The notes below the pieces were generated by a model. That model made no database searches. It was not told the origin of the DNA and saw only the letters and a program-made list of their open reading frames with translations. DNA of 64,000 nt from Oikopleura dioica. Taxonomy: Eukaryota; Animalia; Chordata. Position 1 is the stretch's first letter. Each line of letters opens with the position of its first letter. The translations under genes were made by a program, and so were the position numbers. The stretch is taken from NCBI GenBank assembly GCA_907165135.1, contig OU015568.1, positions 10,416,001-10,480,000 of the forward strand, written 5' to 3'. Shown piece by piece: positions 38,786 to 50,339 of this stretch.

Positions 38786-41534
38786 TTAAGGCCGCGCTCG
38801 TCGGATTTCTTTTCGAATGAGGGTCGGCTCGTTTGGCTGCGGAGAAATTGCCCGCGCACGTTGAGGATCCGATAGAGCTCGGCGAGCATGCGGCGGTCGG
38901 TAGATGTTTGAGCTTGTCCCAGCACCAGAACCAGCGTTGCTGATAGTTCGTTCAACTCTTCTTGGACTTGGGCGATTTTGGTTTACTGTGGAGACGCTTC
39001 CGGTTTGAACTGAAATAGGGTTTTCTCTACAGCAGGGTCGGGCATTATCACGTGATGTCCGCTGGACACGCTCAAATTTTTTTGGGTGATGCCCTGGGGG
39101 ATACTGATCACAAAAAACATAGCGGCCCTTACTTAACCCATCAACACCTTTACCATTTTAACCCGTTTTCTGTTTAACTCGTTTTTGGCCATTTAAATTG
39201 AAAAAAAAAGCTATTTTTGCTCGATTTTATGCAAAAATCAAGGAACGGGGCTGAGACGGCCCGAAGTAAAATACGAAAGTCTGCATTTTAAGATCAATTA
39301 TTTGTTTAAGAATAATTATTTGTTTTTTCCGTATAAAATCGAGTAAAAATACGTTTTTTCGTGAAAAATGGCCAAAAACGGGCTAATTAGAAAACAGGTT
39401 AAAATGGTAAAGGTGTTGATGGGTTAAGCAAGGGCCGCTATGTTTTTTATGATCAGTTCCCCCCAGGCTATCACCCAAAAAAATTTGAGCGTGTCCAGCG
39501 GTCATCACGTGATAATGCCCGACCCTACTCTACAGACTTGTGTAGCTTGATAAAAAATAGTTAATGTTAACATGTTTTTTCTCTACTGTTCATGAAATTG
39601 AACCCATGCCTGACGTGAATTGACGATGAGATACACTTCCCCTGGATGACCGACTTGGACGTTGACGACTGACTCTTACTAGAGAGCGATCATGTCTAAA
39701 ACGAAATTGTTTACAAAATATCGTAATTCGATAGAATAAATCAGGGATGGCATAAAAATGGAAGCGCTAAGAACAGTCAAATGGATTATCAAAATGCTCG
39801 CTCTCGAATCCAAGAACTCTGAAAATGCTATCGCATCTCATCATCTCACATCTTTTGCGCTTTTCAGCTCGCCTGCGGACTGGCTCAACGTAGTTATGCG
39901 AATTTACATCCCTGATTTATATTTTAATTATCTCTCAATTTTTTCTCTCTTACCTGACTCGTCTAGGAGAGCCTAAAGAAGTCGATGGGACGTTGGTAGG
40001 TTCTGTTCTTGGGTCACGTGGTGTTTCAGATTGAGCTAAAATTTTCAAGTAAAATAAAAGAAGATTCAAAGTTTTTTTACCGATATTTGTTTGAGAGACA
40101 GTTTCCTTGTTTCTGAAGCCGATAGTGTACAAATCAGAGAGCCAGCAATTGAATCGATGGATATGTTTTAAACTTCTGTTTTCGTCAATCAAGGTACGAA
40201 CATGCGTAGCGATAGTTTTTGGCGACATCTAAAAGATGATCAGTAACAAGATAAAAGCTTCCATGAACGCAATTACCTCGTGGATAATTCTGAAATAAAC
40301 CCAGTACCAGATCCATGTCTGACACATCACATCATCGATATCGTGCTGGAAATTGACTTTCCGGTGACATTGGTGAAATTCCACTGGCTTTCCGATTCTT
40401 CGGGGAAGATCATGTTCTACCCATTTTCTAAATGTAAACTTAGAGAGAAAGCGATAATTGAAAAAGTACCTCAATTCTCGTACGCCTTCTCGGTCGCCAG
40501 TTGGTCCTGCCGGATCAAAGAACTCAAAAACTGCCTGCTCTTCGTTGATGAATCTGAGGAATCCAATGGCAATGTGCTGTGGAAGTCCAATCATGATGAC
40601 AGAGTCCTTGAACTGATTCCTGGGCCAGCGTGACTCGCTTAGGATCGAAGCCGGCGCCACTTTCGTCTTCCAAACATTCTGAAGTCACTTCCTAGTTTAG
40701 GTGCTTCACATGTGTATAGAAATTAGCCGGAAGTTGCAAAACATCTAGGCGCGTCACCAAGGCGACCTTGAGTTTTGGAGCAACTTGTGTGTTGATCCAA
40801 AAAGTACTAAAACGTTCAGCAAAAATGGCTCTTTTACCTTTTCCCAGCGAAAACGAACATCGCAATCTGGACATGGATCTTCATCCAACGGTTTATTATA
40901 CGCTTTTCTCCAACTTGGCCGTCTCCACAAATTGTAATTCGCACACGGAGGGAGCACAGATAGATTAACTTGAGCTTTGTTCATAAATTTCTTCATCACA
41001 CAATTCATATCATACTAGAAACAGTAAATTAGACGCCCTAATATCAGCTGTTAAGGTACGTACCTGCATACGTCTCCACTTTTCATAAAATGTAATTGAT
41101 TTTCCACCGGCTTTCTTGAGCTTTGAGTAACGCGGCACAAAGTGTCTGTGTTCTGGAGGAGATTCCGCATACCGACCGTAATCGAAGCACTCTTCGAAAG
41201 TAAACAGAGGCAGCGTTGGATATCGAGTTCGCACCACTGTTGGCTATAAATAATATTCGATCATTTGTTTCTCTCAATGATTGAGACGCAATCACAGAAA
41301 GAGTGTCCGAAACTGCTTCTTTTTGAGAGAACTTGAACTTGGCGCTGTCTGGAAGCTTTTAAATTTTAAATAGCTTGAAAGAATCCCGGATTTTCTAAAG
41401 AGACTAATTCTAAGTGAGCATTACAATAAACATAAGCAGTTTGGGGCAAAACCCGCTGATCCAGTACTTACGCTTTCGAAGGGTACCGCATGCTTCTTGC
41501 TTGGCCCTGGCTTTCTTTTGCGATGGGCCTGCAT
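38786..41534 (-). CDS. Multi-exon protein with clan-CE-like cysteine protease core and Arg/Ser-rich tail
   Basis: First exon MQAHRKRKPGPSKK after ttag; core QHIAIG...FEFFDPAG...NFQHDIDDVMCQTWIWYW; tail RVSRQRPSRSSRG...YRPPHARR...RRARP*. Confidence 0.6.
39033..39527. mobile_element. hAT-type fold-back MITE (495 bp) in the last intron of the protease-like gene
   Basis: CAGGGTCGGGCATTATCACGTGAT...ATCACGTGATAATGCCCGACCCTA; arms match for about 200 bp; 8-bp TSD CTCTACAG at 39025-39032 and 39528-39535. Confidence 0.92.
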
Positions 41535-41822
41535 CTAACTAGAATCAGTATCATTTAGGACTTTACTTATTGAAAATCGACTATCACCTGCAGAGGCGCC
41601 TTATAAACTAATTATCTGTTATTTTCATTTTTACAAATAACCCCTGATTCTAGAGACAGTAACAACTTAAATTGCAGTATTCGTGTTTATTCAGAACAAT
41701 AACACAGAGAAGAAATGAAAGCAGAATATTGATTATTTCAAATTTTCGCTTTGAATAATAGTATCTTTTACAATTAAATTTTATGTACAATTTACACAGT
41801 GAAGATTTGGTGTGTCGTTGAT

Positions 41823-43333
41823 TTAAAGGGACCATCCGTGGTTAGCTTCAAGATGAGCTTTGCGCTTTTTGTTTCCAAAGACCAAGTGCTTGAAAAATTT
41901 TTAAAACGGTTGATAATTTCAATTTTTTACCTTGAAGTGACCGGCTTTTCTCTCAACAAACTTGTGATTGATATTTCGGCGGACTTTTGAGTCGCAATTA
42001 GCGCCAGTAGCTCCATTCTCTGTTGTCCACGATTTGATGGCTTCGAAGGCGGCTTGTGCTTGTTGATAAGCTTCTTCAACCGACATGCTCTCGGGATCCA
42101 TGGTCAGAGTTTCTTGAACATCAGTGATTTGGACGATATCCTCGCAAGTTCCCCAGCAACTCTCGAGTCGCTGTGCAATTTTGAGCATGTTTCGGGGAAA
42201 GGCCATGTTTCGGTGGCTGTGCCATCCCTTGAACAAAAAATTTACCAGCTTTTGATAACGAATATAATACCTTGTAAATGTGCTCAACGCCGTCAGAAGC
42301 TTTTTCAATGATCTCTCCCATTCTTGCAGAGAAAGCATTGACCATATCGGTGCAGTTGTAGAAATTGTTCTCCTGAATAAAGCTTTTGCTTTGATCGTTA
42401 CTTACCTGGAGTGGCGCTGGATCTCGACATTCATAGTCAACTTTCATGTATTTGAAAGTTCCAGCGCAAGGATCTTCGAGAGCAAAATCGTCTTTGCTCC
42501 ATGAGCAATCGGACGCTCCACCGCATTTTGCAGCGAGAAGAGCTGTGGCGTCGAATGGTGCACTTATGTGGGTTGAATATTTTTTCAAAAATTTGAAATT
42601 AAATGCCTTTCAATAAAATTATAGCTAAATTGAATCGTCATTATTTTCAACGCCAAACTGCAGGAGCTAGCTTTGCATTGACCTTCTTGTTTGTTTGGGC
42701 AGCAGCTAGAAATGACTTTTAGATGCATCAATACAAATTTCACTTACAAGTTATCCTTCTCTCGTCCCCATGATGCAGAATTAATGAAGACTTCTTTTCC
42801 TTCAGGACACGAAAATGAATCTGTTCGTCCTTCGATGTTGGCCTCGCAGATGGACATTGTTGAGTCATTGGTCGAGTAGTCGCATTCGTAGTCGACGGTC
42901 AAGTATTTCGCCTTCTTTTTGCACGGGTCTCCGAGGATCCCGTTGAGATTTCCGTAGAGCATGCATTCTGCCTCTCCATTGCATTTTGCCGAGACCATTT
43001 CAGTGGCGGACATTGTGCACTGAGTTCCCTCCTTGATCCAGCACACTTTGTTGTTCTTGCCGCAGCAAACATCGGTTTCGCCAAAGTTTCTTCCCCAAAC
43101 AGCGTTGTTGATTTTGATCCGACCACCTGGGCAGGAGAGAAGCTGGGAATTTGGCTGAGGACCGAGCCATTCGGCTTCGCAGAGAGTTTCTGTTGCTGCT
43201 TTTGATAAGCCAAGAAGTAACAGTGAAGTCTGAATTGAGTAATATGGACAGATAATCGCAAATCTTAATTAACAACAAAGAGAAATCTTTCAGAGAAAGA
43301 TCTTTCATATTCTAATGATTTACTCACCTTCAT
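41823..43333 (-). CDS. Secreted tandem SUEL (rhamnose/galactose-binding) lectin protein
   Basis: Signal MK|TSLLLLGLSKA; two domains of the pattern CE...LSCP...I.NA.WGR...C...C...C...GDPC...KYL.VDYEC; helical C-terminal domain. Confidence 0.85.
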
Positions 43334-45463
43334 ATTTGTCTCAGTATATCTTTATCTCTTTAATCGAGTTGTTGTGATCATCAGATCCCTGCGAGACGAT
43401 TTTATGTGCGCGTTTTGCGATAGATGGCGCTGTGACTGCCCCGCGCAAGAGAGCGTAAATCATGAAAACGAAAGCGTTACGCCGCGCGTACTCAGCGCCA
43501 TTGCGTGTAAATATAGCAATATACATTACGTACGTCTAAGCAATAGCTAAAAAAGTTGGCACCTTTTGGGTTATCCTGGTGAATCGTCATTTTATGGTCA
43601 ATCATCGCTTCTTTTAGAAAAAGAAACTGATTCTGTGTTTGTCTTATGTTATCGCCGAATTAAATGTATATTTTAAAAACTCTTCGATAAGAAGCCTGTC
43701 AGTAATCACTTTTATTAAGCTATTTATCTAATGGGGGTTTAAATTTTAGAGTATGATTCTGAGAACTTTACCTTTATAAAGGTGTAACGGTGACTAACGT
43801 TGAGATTACCCTCAATACTCTGATCGATGAGATGACCAAAAAGCCTCCTTTTTTCAGGCATTATGGGTTTTTTCGCGAAATTCTATACAATCAACACTAA
43901 ATCCGCAAAAATCTCTTGACAAGATGCTCAAAAAGGAGCTCAACAACATTCTCCTTTTTTATTATTGCTGAATATTTGTAAATTGATCAACCACAAACCG
44001 GACTATCCTAACAATGTTCAGTAAGGGATCCAACATGTTCACGAAAAAAATACCGCAACGTTTCGCAAATCCGAAAAGTGGTTGAACCAGGATCAGTAAG
44101 AGGCAACGTAATTTAAATGAAAAGTCGCACAAATGAGCTCATTAATTTGTCACTTTTACTTCTTGAGTAGCAATGAATTCTTGATCGTTCAATAGATTCC
44201 TAGAGGTGGGCTCATTAGACAACGAATCTTGTAAAGAGGTTGGAATCAGTATGAGGTTTAAAAAAGCCAGGAAACGTTTGGAAAAGGTTTTGGAGTTGAA
44301 ACTTCCGGAAATTCAAGGAGCCTTCCAAGAGATCCTTCTATATCGAACCAACTATCAAAAATTCATGAATTCTGTGGGTTTTTATGGCCCTTTTGCTCAC
44401 GTTTTCAAATTGAAATCCACCAAAACTTTTACCGGTGACCTGTCTGAAATTCAAAAGCCTCTGTAACAAGAACCTATCCACGTTTTAGGCCATGCGCTGA
44501 GCTCCAAATATGCCATACTGACCTTAGCATTTTACTCTTTCCCAATATTTACATGACCATAAATACAACCTATGTTTACCAAGTGCACAGAGGTCTATTA
44601 GCGCGAATCTTTTCAGAGCTCCTTTCTAAAGGCTCAAGCCATAAATAACGAAAATATACGAATCAGGTTTAGAGTGAGAAAAATGGAAGTTTCTTCGAAG
44701 AAAACAACAAATAAGTGACTGAAATTTAATAAATGAGTATCCGGGTATAAGAAGCACTTTCTTCGCTGGAAATTCGTTGTTTAGCACGTATAGCTTAGAG
44801 CGAAATTCAGTTTGGAAAATGCAAGGGGAGGGCGAAAATTGAATTCATGATCAGCTCATGATTCCGGTTCACATAGGAAAAAGGCGGAGCCGCGTCTTGA
44901 TGCAACTTATCCATTCAAAGCTGCAAGAAAATTCCACCTACCTCTACTTGAGCCGCCTTACCGTATCCACGACAGTTAACAGCTTCTAAAACGGCTCCAC
45001 TTCTGCTGTTTTCTGACAACTAACAAGTTCCTTTCCAGATAAGAAAATGCGCGGCTAAGCCAGAGGAAATACTGCCGATTTAACGATACGCATATAATTT
45101 CGTAATCTAGATCGATCCAGTCTCTAAGGAGAACACGTTGCACTTCCCATTCAACACATTCTTCCTTTTCCCGAAGAAGCCAGAAAGATATCTAACAGAT
45201 TTGCAACTCTTACCTATTTCCGAATATAGAGATAAGGACTCTCCAAATTAGAGAAGAATTGCATCAGTTCCTGTGATAGGCTATTATTAAAGGGATCAAA
45301 CTAGAACGGATTGAGTCAGAAAGAAATACTTTTATAAATCTCCGAATTGTAAGTCTTTCAATACGTGTGATAATGACGAAAACGTTGATCCTGAGAAAGT
45401 GATCAAAAAACTCGTTACCAGTCGAATTTCCGCGAACCTGGTTCAAGTTATTTAGATATTAAT

Positions 45464-46302
45464 CAGGGGTGACCATTTGGGCATTGGGCATTTGGGCAAA
45501 TCGGGCAATTTTCGGGCAAAAACGCTTTTGGGCGGGCATTTGGTCGGCTCAACGCCTGAAAATAGGCTGGGCAACTTTTGGAAAAGTCGGGCATTTGGGC
45601 ATTTTCTGGGCAGTTGGGCACCATCGGGCAGTTGGGCAAATGCCCACCGGGGAAAATCATGAACGTGGGCGTTTTCCTGTCCGCTTATTGGTCGTTAAGC
45701 TCACAAACAAGAAAAAAGATATAAGGAGAAGGTTCTGCAAGGGTGTGTGAAGTGGACCTCTATGGTTAGCTGTCTACCTTTGACCTCTTGATCCTTTTGT
45801 GAAATTGTCCCTACCCTTAACTCAGCCCCTTCTTTGCGGAGATGGTTCTGCAAGGGTGTGTGAAGTGGACCTTCATGGTTAGCTGTCTACCCTTGACCTC
45901 CAGATCTTTTTATCACTCATTTTTCCAACCCCATTTTTGCACCCCTTTTTTCGAGACGGTTATGCAAGAGTGTGTGAAGTGGACCTTAATGGTTAGCTGT
46001 CTATTCTTGACAACCTGATCGATCTTTTACAAAATTATTTTTTAACCGCTTTTTAAATATATTTCAAACCTTCCAAATCTTTAACATGGGATAAATTATT
46101 GAGAGAAATTTAAAAAATTAAAGTTTTAACAAGCACGAAATGTTGGGAAAATTTTTGCCCGAAAAATTGCCCAATTGCCCGATTGGGCATTCTGGGCACA
46201 TTGGACTGGTCGGGCATTTGGTCGGCCCGGGTCTTGATTTTTGGTATTGGGCGGGCAATTGGTCGGCCCGACGATAATTTTTTGCCCAAATGGTCACCCC
46301 TG
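45464..46302. mobile_element. hAT-type MITE with TGGGCA subterminal repeats and three internal ~110-bp tandem units
   Basis: TIR CAGGGGTGACCATTTGGGCA / TGCCCAAATGGTCACCCCTG; 8-bp TSD ATATTAAT at 45456-45463 and 46303-46310; gcaag.gtgtgtgaagtggacct...atggttagctgtcta repeated near 45731, 45845 and 45958. Confidence 0.93.
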
Positions 46303-48002
46303 ATATTAATTACCGGCGGTATCTATGGTGTCAAACTGTTTGTTCCTGGTCGTCGTGGAGCTGCTCGGGGATTGATTATGTCAACCCTTTCTCGGTTTCC
46401 CTAAGTCCTTTCTAGTCATGCTTGGCTGAGATCATCCTGCCTTCCAAAAACTAACTTTTTGCCAGGTCCAAAATATACCATTGCGTGTTGTCAAATATAC
46501 GCTTTTTCTGACTAGCCTTTTTTCTATATGCTGTTTTCGGTTGGTGACGATGTTTTTAGTAACTATGAACTTCAGGTGTGAATCATTCTGTAATTGCCAC
46601 ATGTGACATGTGGCAATTCGTTCTTTTTTTTACAAATATTTGTTTTCTGGTGAGTTCAATTTTTAGCTAGTTTCAAAAATGCTCAACAAAAACGTGCTTT
46701 TAGTCCACCTCATTCGGAATTTATTTTACCTATCAATTGGCATTTTTAGCTCTTTTATCATTTTGCTGCAAAAAATGCAACGCTCCTCTATAATTGCACG
46801 AAAAACGCTTACAGTGACTACAAATTCAAATTGTCGATCCGCTCCTTCAGTGAGGTGTTTTCTATTCACGGGCGCAACTTTGAGCGCATTAGAAAAAAAG
46901 AGCCCCGTCAAGTACTTTGGCTTAGGGATGAATTCAATTCAATCCACGTAACGTAAAGCGCCCTTCTCCTGCCAAATTTGCCGTTTCACCATCTGATCAG
47001 AATTTAGAGTTACCTCATTCAATTTTATGCAGATTTCGGGAGAAGTATAGCCGTTTATTAGCGATTTTATGCAAAGAATGATTCAACAAAACTTTCCAAA
47101 CTAATGCCTAGTTGAAAGTTAAAATTATTTTTTAGGTGTCAGTTTCGGCAAAATAATAACTGGCAGAAATAAAAAGAAGCGTTCAAAAAGGCAACAATTT
47201 GACAATATCTTTACAATGAAATAATTTTCGACTTGCACTTTTACAGCAACAGTAAAATTCACGATTTACGATAGTGCGGAAAATCCCGCCGCTGATCTTA
47301 TCATTTCACAGAAAAAAATCATGCCGACGTTTGCTTCTTCCATAATTTTAGACGTATTCTTAAATGAAGACGGATTTTGGGTACATGTGTTGCACCATCA
47401 AGCGGAAAAGTGACGAGAGATCGTTGCTTATCGCGCGTATCAAAATCTCTTATCAGGTACTCATCGCCGGCGCATGAATATTTTGCTGGACCGGACTTGA
47501 CACACAAAAGATTAATTTCTTATCCGGAAAGAAGCATGGGCTGATTTTGGAGAGTTCCACTGAAACGGCGCCTGTTTTCGTCTTATCCACGTATCTTCCT
47601 CACTTCCGTAATGCAACATTAACACTAGACTTGCAATAGATTTTTCGTAAAATATGTTTCAAAAGGCCCCTATGGGAGAATATTGCTAGTTGAAATGAAA
47701 TAGGGAGACATGGAAGATGAACTAAATGGAAAGCTTTTCAAACTTTTCAAATTTTCAATGAAGGTGCAGAATATTTATTTCGAGCAAATAATGATCGATT
47801 ACAAAGAGTACAAAGTTTATGTAACCTTAGATGATTCACCGTCCCCCTATATTTGTGAATAATTCCAAAACTTAGCGATGCGAAAAATTATATTCCATTT
47901 ATGATATTGATTACAGCGCGTCGGATATTTCATCTCTCAAGTAATTCTGATAGAATCTTCCAGTAAATATAAGTTTTCAAACAAAGAGAAAATAGATAAA
48001 AA

Positions 48003-50212
48003 ATGACGTCTCCTGGGCAAGAGTTGAAATCTCAATAAGAGAAATTTTCAATAACCTTTTATTGAAAATTTTTGAAAGAGAAGATTTTGACTGGGCAGAT
48101 GATGATGTTAGAGAGTTCGACATTCCTCAGTCCGATACTAAAAGACTCTCAAATATCGAAGAAGAGCCAGAACCTAAAGAAACCCAACCAAAAAATATAT
48201 CCCCGAAAAAAGTAGTTTTTTCAATTTTACCATGCAATTTCACAAATTTGTAGGAAAATCACAGATCAAGGAAAAACAATCACAAACCTAAGAAACTCGA
48301 GAAAGTGTGGCTGCCACCGGATGAATTGATAAAAGGTTGGTTGGACTTTCTAAATAGAAAGTTCTAATAGAAGAATTCAGAATTGAAATCAAGGAAGAGT
48401 ATTCCCGAGGCCGAGAAAAGTCAGTTGAAAAATGTGCTCAGCCGGGCTGCTCGCTGGAATATGTTCGCCAGAACTAGAAAACTTCTCTGGGTATAACTAA
48501 GATCCTTTGTTGATACAGTTTCACATGATTCGCATTTTAGCCTGATGAAGACGAAGAACTGAAAAAAGTTGCAGAGAAAATCTTCGTCACCGAAGGAGAA
48601 CTAGGAAAATGTCAGGAGATCTCAGACACCCTTATTTCTTATTTGAAATTGATCTCAATCGACATCAATGGAAGAAACAACGATGTCAATAAGATTTAAA
48701 TACGAGCGTGAAATAACCACCAACTCATTCGTTTCAATAATGACCTGTCTTGAAAAGCGAGAATAAATTTACTGTCTGAGTTCTTAAAATCAATGATCAG
48801 CGTAGGTTCCGCCTTCGTCGCTGACCTCGAATCATTAACCCATCGCGGGGGCTGACGTCGAGGCGTGCGCACTCGGCAGCGATTGGCGCATATTTTAGAT
48901 TCCGCCAAGGGATTGGTCGTTGGGTTTACCATTCGCGGCGTCAATATATTCTCGCTATAAAGCGAGTTGAAGTAAACTTGAGAGAATGGAAAAGATGTTG
49001 AAGAGGCTCTTATTGCAAAAAATAGTAAGAACTGCAGTTGATGAAGAAGAAATCGATTTCTATGACATTTTCTTGAGGTAAAGATCATCGTTAGAATCCT
49101 CTTTAGTGTAATTTTTCTAAAGTGTGAGATTCGGAAAAAGTAAAGTTGTCTATAATTTGAACGAGCATGGATACTTCGAGGCCGACGAAAATAAACCTCA
49201 AGGTGTCAATCAATATGTCGTTTTTCCCAAGATAACGGAGCCCAAAGAAACCGCTCATTCGTCAAGGAAAGGCTAAAAAATTTCTTATCAGCCGGTTGTA
49301 GTTTCCAACTCTTCAATTTGATAGCCAAGTTAAGCCAAACGGAATCGATCATACCAATTCAAGCTGCTAAATTGGCCGAGAGTATTCGCAAGACAAAAAT
49401 ATCAAAGAAGATGGAATCTGAAGCGAAGAAAATGAAATTTCAGGAGAATCCGGAGAAGATTGATATCAAGGAAGAGCCTACTGACGAGGTTGAAATTATG
49501 GTTGTCGAGGAGGATGAAATGGCTGAAGAGAGTATGATCAAATCAGAGCCTAATGAAGGTTAAAAATAATCAGCAAAAGCAAAAAGCGTCAACAATAATT
49601 TTAGTTATTCACGTGAAATCGACCCCGGCGAAGCTTGGTGAGAAACCTTGCTGCCCAAAGTATCCAGTCTCCAAAGAAGACGATGAAATTGATCATGCAA
49701 TTAGAAAACGAGTGAACAATATTTGCAAATTTGGCGAACATTTAACAAAAAGAGGTGGTAGAACTCAAACCTCTTGCGGATTCTGCTTCGCGCCCGTTTG
49801 TCGCCTGCATGTTTATGAAGGTATAGTGCCTTTCTGATAAAGAATACGTGAATATTCTTTAGTCTGCCCATCTTGTATCATCGATAAGAACCTTGCCCCA
49901 GCAACTCAAACAGACAGCGTTACCCTAGCCGAAAATCAACATCAAAAACTGACAAAGCAACCACAGCAAATATTCCGACAAGTCCCCGCAACAATGAAGC
50001 AATCAGGAAATTTGCTGTCACAGCCAAAGGGAATACATCTCGCGATTCAGCCAGGAAATGCAACAATTGTCCAACTCCAGCAAACACCACTTGTGCGTCC
50101 TTTAACCATTTCACGACAACAACTGCAGCAACAGCCACAGTTACAGCCACAATCATTCATACTTCCAAAGCCATACGGGGAAAATTTCCGATCAGAAAAA
50201 TCAATTGAATAA
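48003..50212 (+). CDS. Multi-exon nuclear-type protein with piggyBac-like Cys-rich zinc finger and Gln-rich tail (5' half uncertain; may be two genes)
   Basis: Acidic/basic exons, IKEEP and IKSEP motifs, then CKFGEHLTKRGGRTQTSCGFCFAPVCRLHVYE|VCPSC and a QQLQQQPQLQPQ tail. Confidence 0.55.
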
Positions 50213-50339
50213 ACTTTGAAATTTTGAGGAGATTTGGTATTCGAATACCAAATGGTACACGAACCGAGCGTTTCCCTAAACTTTTATTTACAGAAAACTT
50301 ACAGCATCGATTTTCTTAAAAAACAAAGGATCTTATTTC

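Noticed and set aside
38662-38955. 97-aa ORF (NELSATLVLVL...) as a separate kinetochore-like gene
   Set aside because: The overlapping frame splices cleanly as the RS-rich last exon of the protease-like gene and is followed by AATAAA; this ORF has no ATG.
44206-44466. 86-aa ORF in a long intergenic region
   Set aside because: No recognisable motif or supporting exon structure.
45463-46404. ORFs of 61-93 aa in the TGGGCA repeats
   Set aside because: Produced by MITE subterminal repeats; no transposase motifs.
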